Position numbers and translations under genes: made by a program. Of a DNA stretch of 64,000 nucleotides, positions 18,333 through 27,300 are shown piece after piece. Every line of letters begins with the position of its first letter. The first letter of the stretch is position 1. Source of the DNA: a virus (Duplodnaviria > Caudoviricetes); IMG/VR virus record IMGVR_UViG_3300028580_000125, positions 27,623 to 91,622 of that record. One strand, 5' to 3'. The notes below the pieces were generated by a model. The model was not told the origin of the DNA. It searched no databases and saw nothing but the letters and a program-made list of their open reading frames with translations.

Positions 18333-21300
18333 ATGCCCAAACAAAAGGCCCCACGGCCTACGAAGACCAATACAGGCGATTACCTGCTTGATTTCGACGG
18401 GACAGATTTCAGCCAGTTCGGCGGCCAACAGGCGCAGCAGCAGGAAGAAGAACCTGGACTTATGAGCAAGATTGGCAGTTCTGCCCAGGCAATTGCTGAA
18501 GGTGCAACCATGCTGCCGGGCCAGATCGCTGATACGCTCAGGGATGCCTACCATGGCGGCGATGTGGATGTTACCGATACTGATGCCATTCGCGCGCGCC
18601 AGGCACGCGAGCAAGAGCGCGCAGACTACGGTAAAAAGTATGATGGCAAAGCCTTTGAGGGCGTAACCGATGCCATGAATTCCATGGGCTATTCCATGGG
18701 AACAATGGGTGCAAGCCTCGGCGCTGCGGCCCTGGCTTCCCCTGCCGGGCCGATTGCCGCTGGCGCAGCAGGCATGGCCGCCTCTGGCGCCATGGCATAC
18801 AGGGCAACAAAGCAGCAGTTTTTGCAGCAAATGCTTGGCGAGACGGAAAAGGTTCTTGGCCGCCTGCCAACACAGGATGAGTGGGACAAGATCGCCACAG
18901 AGTTTGACGGCGAGGCAACGCGCTACGGTGCATGGGAAGCAGGCCCGGAAGCCCTGAGCAACCTCATTATGGCAAAAATTCTCGGCCCGCTTGGAAAGGG
19001 CCTGTTGCGCGGCAGCGTGGGCCAGGGCATCAAGAGGATTGGCGGCCTGTATGGTGAAGAGCTTGCCACAGAAACAGCAACCCAGATGGGACAAGGCCAA
19101 GAAGAGGCCAATGTGGGCTTGCGCGACACAGCGCCGGGCGTCTGGGATGCGTTCAAGGAAATCGGCCCTGCTACGTTCTGGCAGACCACGCTCATGGCTG
19201 GCGGCAAGAAAGGTGCAGACATGCTTGCCAACCGCATGCGCGCACGTTCGCAACAGGTTGAAAATAATGTCGACCAGACGCAGCAACAGGGGCAAGGCAC
19301 AACGGGACTGACGAACCAAGCCGCATTGCCAATGGCGCAGGGGATATTTGCCTTGCCGCAGGGCGACGGCTCAATTCCCATGGGCAGCACAGATACGGGC
19401 CGGGGCCCCATTGCCGCAGGCGTTGTAGCTGGCCAGCAGCCAAAGCCTTTTCTCAGCGACGCTGACCATGCCGATACTGAGGCCTTTGTGCGTGCCTTTG
19501 AAGAGCGCGAGCGAAACAGGGATGACGAGGAAGCCCTTATCGAGTACGGCCAGCGTCAGGCCCGCTCGCCTGCTCAGCTTGCACTTGACCAGGGCGAAAA
19601 CGTCGACCTGCTATCGCTTCCGCAGGGTAATGCGGCCATGGCCATGGGGACCGAAGACACCGGGCGCGGCCCGATTGCCCCGCCAACTGACTATGCAGGT
19701 CAGCCCATTGCGACCCCATATACGCCACGCCCCGCCCTTCCTGAACAGACTTCGCAATCTGCGGGCATGGGCCAGTGGGCTGGCGGGCGCTCGCAGCTTG
19801 CCTACGGGCCGAAGTCTGAACCGCAGATGATGCAGGGCTTGGGCATCATGTCGCAGCAGGGAGCACCAGTTCAGCCCCAGGCAATGCCCACCTCGGCACA
19901 AATCAACAATACACAGGCCGCGCCCCGTTCGGACACAACAGCCGCAGCTAATGCCCTTGGCATGCCCTCGCCGCAGGCTGTTCCACAGGAGGCCATGGCC
20001 CCGCAGAGGGCACAGGCTTTGCCCCCAATAATGCAGGGCATAGGCGCTGCGCCTGCGCAGCCAACACCCGCCCCACAGCAAGCGTTTACCAGCCAGCCGC
20101 AGCCAGAACAAAATTCAAGAGGTCCGTGGCTTGAGGTGGTTCATATTGGCGATTCTGCCCCTAAAGCAAAGCCTCGGCCGCAACAGAGTCAGCCTGCAGG
20201 GCGTGCAGATGACTCGCGCCCAATTGGAAAGAACAGCCGCGGGCAGCAAGTGTTCGAGGACAAAAATGGAGTGCGCTCTTATGCTGACGGCGGCGTGCGA
20301 GTTTCGCAGAGCGTTGGTGTTATCCCCGGCCATGGCATAACGTTTGATGGCCCTGACGCGCTGTATAAGAGCGGAAAGCAGGAGTACCTGACCAACGACG
20401 AGGTTAAAAGCCTTTCTGGTGGCACAAGTGAGCCTGAGAGCAAAAAGCCAAGCCGCATAGAGCTCATTCGCCAACTCCCCAAAGAAGAGCAGGCTGATGC
20501 CCGCAAGCTTCCAAACTCAAAGCTGTTGGAGCGAGTTCGCCAGCTTTCAGAGGTCAATACTGCTTCCGAAGATCAGCCGGGCGTGGTAGAATCTAACCAT
20601 GCCAAGGAGGGCGAACATGCAGAAGCAAACGAAGGAAGAACGCGCGGAAATGAAGGAAAAGCTGAACCAGGTGTACGCAACCCTGACGAAGCCGTTGGAA
20701 ACCCAGCTGATGGATCACATGAAGAAGTACACGCCGAACCAGGTGAAGGAATGGCTGACGGACGACGGGCCGAAGGCGCTCGCGGACTTCATTCAGGAAC
20801 AGGTAGCGAGCGCGGAAAGCACGCGGGACGATACGGCGAAGAAGCTGATCGAAAAGGGGATGAGCGAGGGCGAAGCGTGGCCGATGGCGCGCGAAGTGGC
20901 GATGCAGGACTTTTGGCCACAAGCGGAACCCGGGCGCGAGGGGTAAAAGACTTTCGCATTTCCCCCGATGACCACATCGGAGAAGGTGGAAAGGTCGCCA
21001 AATTCAACGACAACCTTTCTGCCATTCGCACGCTCAAGGAAATTGAGCAGTCTGGCCGCCCAGCTACCGAAGACGAACAGAGAACCCTTGCCCGGTATGT
21101 TGGCTGGGGTGGCCTTCCAGAAGTGTTTGCCGAAGGCGGCAAGGCCGACCCTGCGCTGACCCGCAGGCGCGCCGAATTGCGCGAACTTCTTTCGCCAAAA
21201 GAATTTGAAGAAGCGCGCAGATCCACAACGAACGCTCACTACACTTCGCCTGAAATCATCATGGCAATGTGGGATGCCATTAAGCGTATGGGCTTTAAGG

Positions 21301-24300
21301 GCGGCAAAGTTCTTGAGCCTTCTATGGGCGTTGGCAACTTCATTGGCTTGATGCCTAATGACGTATACAAAAAGTCCCACGTCACCGGCATTGAGCTTGA
21401 TGGCATTACTGCGCGGATCGCAAAGCTGCTGTATCCGAAACAGACCATTCTTTCGCAGGGATTTGAAACTGCCAAACTGCGTGACGGCAGCTTTGACCTG
21501 GCCATATCCAACGTGCCATTCGGCGACTACAAGCTGCACGACACCCGCTACGCGAAGCACAATCTCTTCATCCACGACTATTTCATCACTCGCGCGCTCG
21601 ACCTTGTGCGCCCGGGCGGCGTGGTAGCCTTTATCACCACTTCCGGCTCACTGAACAGCGGGCGCTCAATGAATATGCGCCAGTTGGCCGCCGACAAGGC
21701 GCGCCTGCTCGGTGCTATTCGCCTGCCAGGCACATCATTCAGCAAGAATGCCCTCACGGACGTGACAACGGACATTCTGTTTTTGCAACGCCTTGGTGAG
21801 GGTGAAACCAACACCAGCCCCGCATGGAAGGATGTGGTTGATACCGACGTTGTTTCGGAGAAGACGGGCAAGCCGTTGCGGAACAACGAATACTATTCTG
21901 CGCACCCAGAAATGATGCTGGGGCAGCTGGCAGACGATAAGCTCTACCCTGGCAGGACGGCGCTTAAGGATGACGGCAGGGACATGCCGGCCGCTTTGGG
22001 TGACGCGCTGAAAACGCTCCCAGAAGGAGTGTTTTCTGGTGAAGGTCTGCGCCATGAGGATCAGAAAGCAACTGCCAATGTGCAGATGCAGGACGCCAAA
22101 GAGGGCCAGCTGCTGCTGGATGGCAAAGGCAATATCGTTCAGGTGTCTGACGGGGAACTGAAAAACTATCCGGCTGACGGAAAGAAAGCTGCGCGCATTG
22201 CCGGGATGATCGGGGTTCGTGATGCCCTGCGTTCAAACCTGCGGGCGCAGATGAACGGAGACGAAGACAGCATTGCGCACTCCCGCACGGCTCTCAACGA
22301 CGCTTACGACGCATTTGTGAAGCAGCACGGCTTCTTAAATGACAATGCCAACCGCCTGGCCATGTCAGAAGACCCCGACTTTCCCCTTTTGCAAGCCCTG
22401 GAAAACAACTACACCAAGGGAAAAAACGGTGCGCCTTCCAAGGCTGAGAAGGCCGACATCTTCACCCGCCGGACAATCGCTGAACCCAAGATTATTGAGC
22501 ACGCAGAGACGCCGCAGGATGCCCTGCACGCACAGCTTGCGGATATAGGCCGGGTTGATATTCCAGGCATTGCGAAAATGACCGGCCTTTCTGAGCAGGC
22601 CGTTATTGACGATTTACACGGAACCATCTTTCAAAACCCCAAGGGAACCCGGTGGGAAACCGCTGACGACTATCTCTCTGGGAACGTCCGCAAAAAACTT
22701 GCTGAGGCAAAGAAGGCCGCCGAAAAGGACGTGAAGTTCAAGGAGAACGTTAAGGCTCTAGAAGCCGTGCAGCCGCAGGATGTGCCGCCACAAGACATCC
22801 GCGTTGACCTGGGCGCCGGGTGGGTTCCCTCGGCGCGCGTTGAAGAATTTGCGGCAAAAGTCCTTGGCATATCGCCTTCAGACGTATCGGCACGCTATTC
22901 AAAAGAACTGGCGCAATGGTCGCTGAACGTCAAAAAAAGCGGCCTAAGCAATGAGTACGGGACGCCAGAGCGTAGCGCACTGGAACTGCTCAATGATTCG
23001 CTCAATCTGAAACAGGCAAAAATTCAGATCGACACGCCGGAAGGTGTGATCGTGAACAAGGAAGCCACCATTGCCGCCCGCGAGGCGCAACGCAAGTTGC
23101 ATGAAGAATTCTCGCGCTGGATTCTGGAGGATGAAAAGCGCGCCGCTGAATTGGCCCGCATCTACAACGACACTTACAATGCCATGCGCCTTTATGAGGC
23201 TGATGGCTCGCACCTTGTGTTGCCCGGCATTGCCGATACCATAGAGGGGAAACCCTTTGCCCTGCGCCCGCACCAGAAAAGCGCCGTGTGGAGGATTATC
23301 CAGAAGGGCAACACGCTGGTTGCCCATGCTGTTGGTGCTGGCAAAACGTATGAAATGATTGCCGCAGGCATGGAAATGAAGCGTCTTGGAATGATCAACA
23401 AGCCGCTTTACGTCGTTCCCAACCATATGCTTGAGCAGTGGTCGCGCGAGTTTTTGCAGGCCTACCCTGCCGCCAATATCCTCGTTGCATCCAAGGCTGA
23501 CCTTCAAAAGGAGAAGCGCCGCAAGTTTGTGAGCCGCATTGCCACTGGCAACTGGGATGCCGTGGTCATGACCCACTCTTCTTTTGGCCGCATTCCTATT
23601 TCAGTGGAGCGGAAAGAAAAACATATCCGCGATCAGATTGAGCAGTATGAATCTGCCCTGCGCGCCGAGAACGAAGAAAAGAAGGCTGGGCGCGGGCGTT
23701 CTGAAAACAGGCTTGTTAAGCAACTTGAAAAGCAGAAAATGCGCCTTGAAGAAAAACTTCGCACGCTGCTTGAAGACGGAAAAAATGCCAAAGATAACCA
23801 GGTGAATTTTGAAGAACTTGGCGTGGACTTCATGTTTGTCGATGAGGCCCATAACTTCAAGAATCTGAGCTACGTCACGCGGATGCAGCGCATTGCCGGT
23901 CTGCCCAATAGTCATTCCCAGCGCGCTGAGGACATGCTTCTGAAGACGCAGTACCTCGACGAATTGCACCCTGGCAGGAGCCTTGTGTTTGCCACCGGCA
24001 CGCCAATCTCCAATACCGTGGCCGAAATGTACACCATGACCAGGTATGTAGCTCCGCATCTGCTGCGCGAATCCGGCCTTGAAATGTGTGATTCTTGGGC
24101 GCGCCAGTTTGGCCGCACTGTCACCGGCATGGAAATATCGCCGGATGGCCGGAACTTCCGCGAAAATACCCGCTTCTCGCGTTTCACAAACGTGCCGGAA
24201 CTTTTGACCATGTTCCGCAGCTTTGCCGACGTGAAGACCAAGGAAGACCTCGACCTGCCGCTTCCTGACCTCAAGGGCGGCAAGCCTGAAGTTGTGTCTG

Positions 24301-27300
24301 TAAAGCCGTCCGAATCCCTCACGAATTATGTCGATGAACTTGTGGCCAGGGCTGAGAAGATACGTGGCGGTTCCGTTGATCCGCGCAAAGACAACATGCT
24401 CAAGGTGACAAGCGAGGGTCGCCTTGCTGCCCTGGACATGCGCCTGATTGACGACACGCTCCCTGCTGACCCCAATGGCAAGGTAGCGCGCGCGACTGAC
24501 AACATCTACGACATCTGGAAATCCACATCGAAGGACAGACTCGCCCAGATGGTTTTCTGCGACCTCTCTGTGCCATCAAAGCAGAGGGCCAAAGGCCTGA
24601 AGGAGGCAGAAAACCAAGATCAGGACGGCGAAGCCGCCAAGCCTGAGGCAAGTCCTGATGATTTGCTGGCTGCCGCATCTCGCGGGTCATTCAGCGTCTA
24701 CGACGAGATCAAGAACAACCTCGTCGACATGGGTGTTCCAGCAGACGAAATTGCCTTTATCCATGACTTCAACGGCGATAAGGCAAAGGCCCAGCTTTTT
24801 AAAGACGTGCGGGCGGGCAAGGTGCGGGTGCTCCTTGGTTCGACCGCTAAGATGGGAGAAGGAACGAACGTGCAGGAGCGACTTGTGGCTCTGCACCATC
24901 TGGACGCGCCCTGGAAGCCATCAGCCGTCGAACAGCGTGAAGGGCGAATTCTGCGCCAAGGCAACAAGAACAAAGAGGTGCAGATATACACCTATGTGAC
25001 CGAGAACAGCTTTGATGCCTATATGTGGCAATTGCTGGAATCGAAGGCGCGCTTTGTGGCCACATCCATGCGCAGCGGTGTCACCGAGCGAGACATGGAC
25101 GATATCAGCGTTACCGAACTTTCCGCTGCAGAAGCCAAGGCCGCCGCAACTGGAGATAAGCGCATCCTTGAAAAAGTTGGCCTGGACAACACCATATCTC
25201 GGTTGACCGTTCTGAAGCGTGAATTTGATCGCAACCAGTGGGCCAAGGGGCGCGAGGTAGCCGAATCTAAATCCCGCCTCGCCACGCTTACAGACATACT
25301 TGCTGCCGAAAAGAAAGATTTATCCCTGGCGGCAACGCTGACCGGGAAGAACTTTGCGCTCACCCTGCGCGGCAAAGAATACACGAAGTCCACGGATGCA
25401 GCCGCGGCTATAATCAGCATTGTTTCTGACAAAAGCATCCCCAGCGGCGCAGTCATCGGCAAGGCTGGCGGCTTTGATATTACCATGTGGCGCAAGGCAA
25501 CGGGCTATGAGTTTTCCCTGTCTGGGGAATCCTCGTTCAGTACCGGCGACACAACATCATCCGAAGGAGCCGTGACGCGCATCGTCAAGGGAGCCTCGCC
25601 AGAGAACAGCGCCAGCAGGATTGCGGCAACCGAAGAGGCCATTGCCAAAACAAACCGTAGACTTGATGGGGCAACGAAGTGGCTTACGAACAACAAGTCT
25701 TTCGACAGGCAAGAAGAACTGGAAACGGCCTTGGCCAGAAGCCAGGAGCTCGATGACGAGCTTGGTCTGTCTGCATCCAAGGATGCCAGCGTGATCAGCA
25801 ATGAAGCTGACAGCGACAATGATCTTATGGCCTCAAAGGTGAACCCTGGCGAATACCTCCCCCCCGTTGACGGGAAAAAGGGCATGCGCCTTGAAGACGT
25901 ACAGACCGTTGCTGACAAGATCGGGAAGCTGGCAAAAAATGCGGCAGCGTCGCGTGTCGTGCAAGGTTTTGACGAACTGCCATATTCGATCAGGGAGCGT
26001 TATTCGGACGCTAAAAACAGCGTCGAGGGCGTTTTTGACCCGCGTTCTGGCGTGGTCTGGATGGTGGCCGACAACCTCAGTGATCCAACGCGCGCGGCCG
26101 AGGTGTGGGCCCATGAACAGATTGTTCACCATGGCCTGCGCGGGCTGCTTCCGGCTGATGCCAGAAGGCGTGTGCTTAACCAGCTTTGGCTTGGTGCTGG
26201 CGGCATGAAGAACGGCATGGTGAAGGACATTGCCAGCCGTTACGGCTTGGCCCCCACCAGAAGCTTGCAAGACCGTCAAACGGTTATGGAAGAAGTCATT
26301 GCTGCCCTGGCAGAAAAGAAGGGGCAGGGGCTTCTTGAGCGCGCCGAAGGCAACCTATGGCGCAGGGTTGTTTCTGCCCTGTACCGTGCATGGAACAGCC
26401 TCGTTCGCGCCGTTTCTGGGCGAGAAGGGGCTATGAACATGGACAACATTGATGCCTTGCTCTCCGCACTCGGAAGACATGTGATTGATGGGGAATCTTC
26501 CGGCATCACCCAGAAGGCCGGGCCGTTTGAACAGGCGGTTGCGCCAGCGTCGATGTCAACTGAGGGTGACGGCGGCGTTGAATTGGCTTCCCTTTCACCG
26601 AAAGACATTCTCGGCCTTACTGGCATAAAGGCCGCAAAGATTGCTGACGCACCAGAGATTCACCATATGTTCAAGAAGGATGACTTGAGCTTGATGCAGA
26701 GCATTTTTAATCTGCCGCATTGGATTGCCAAAAAAGCGCCGGCCTTTGCCAAAGTCTATGAACGGCAGTTGCAACGCTTGGATGATCGGTCATCCGCGCT
26801 CAAGGAAAGCCTTGAAACCGCGCCGAGCATTTTCGGCAAGGACAGACTCAAGCCTGCCGACATGGACAGCCTGAAAAAGCTGCTTTGGGAGCATGAGGGC
26901 CGGGACGCATGGCAGATTGACGCTTCCGGCGTTGACAAGTTTGTCACCAAGGAAACTCTGGCCAACGGGCGAGAATTAATTTCTGTGAACCCTGAATTTT
27001 ATCGGGAGTACAAGAAATGGCTCGGCGGCCTGGAAGGCACAAAGGCTGCCAAGGACGCAATGCTTGAAATTCGCAAGAGCCTTGATGAGGACTTGGTGCG
27101 GGCTCATAACCGCATGGCTGCAATGTCTGAAATGAGCGACGACGCGATCAGGGAGTTCCGGCAAAGCATTGGCCATGTGCCGAACTACTTTCCTCACCAC
27201 CGATATGGGAACTACTTTATTCAAGCGAAGATCGGTGATGAGGTTGTTTTTAGGCAGCACTTTGATGCACTGAACACCCAAGCGGCAAAACAGCGCGCCG

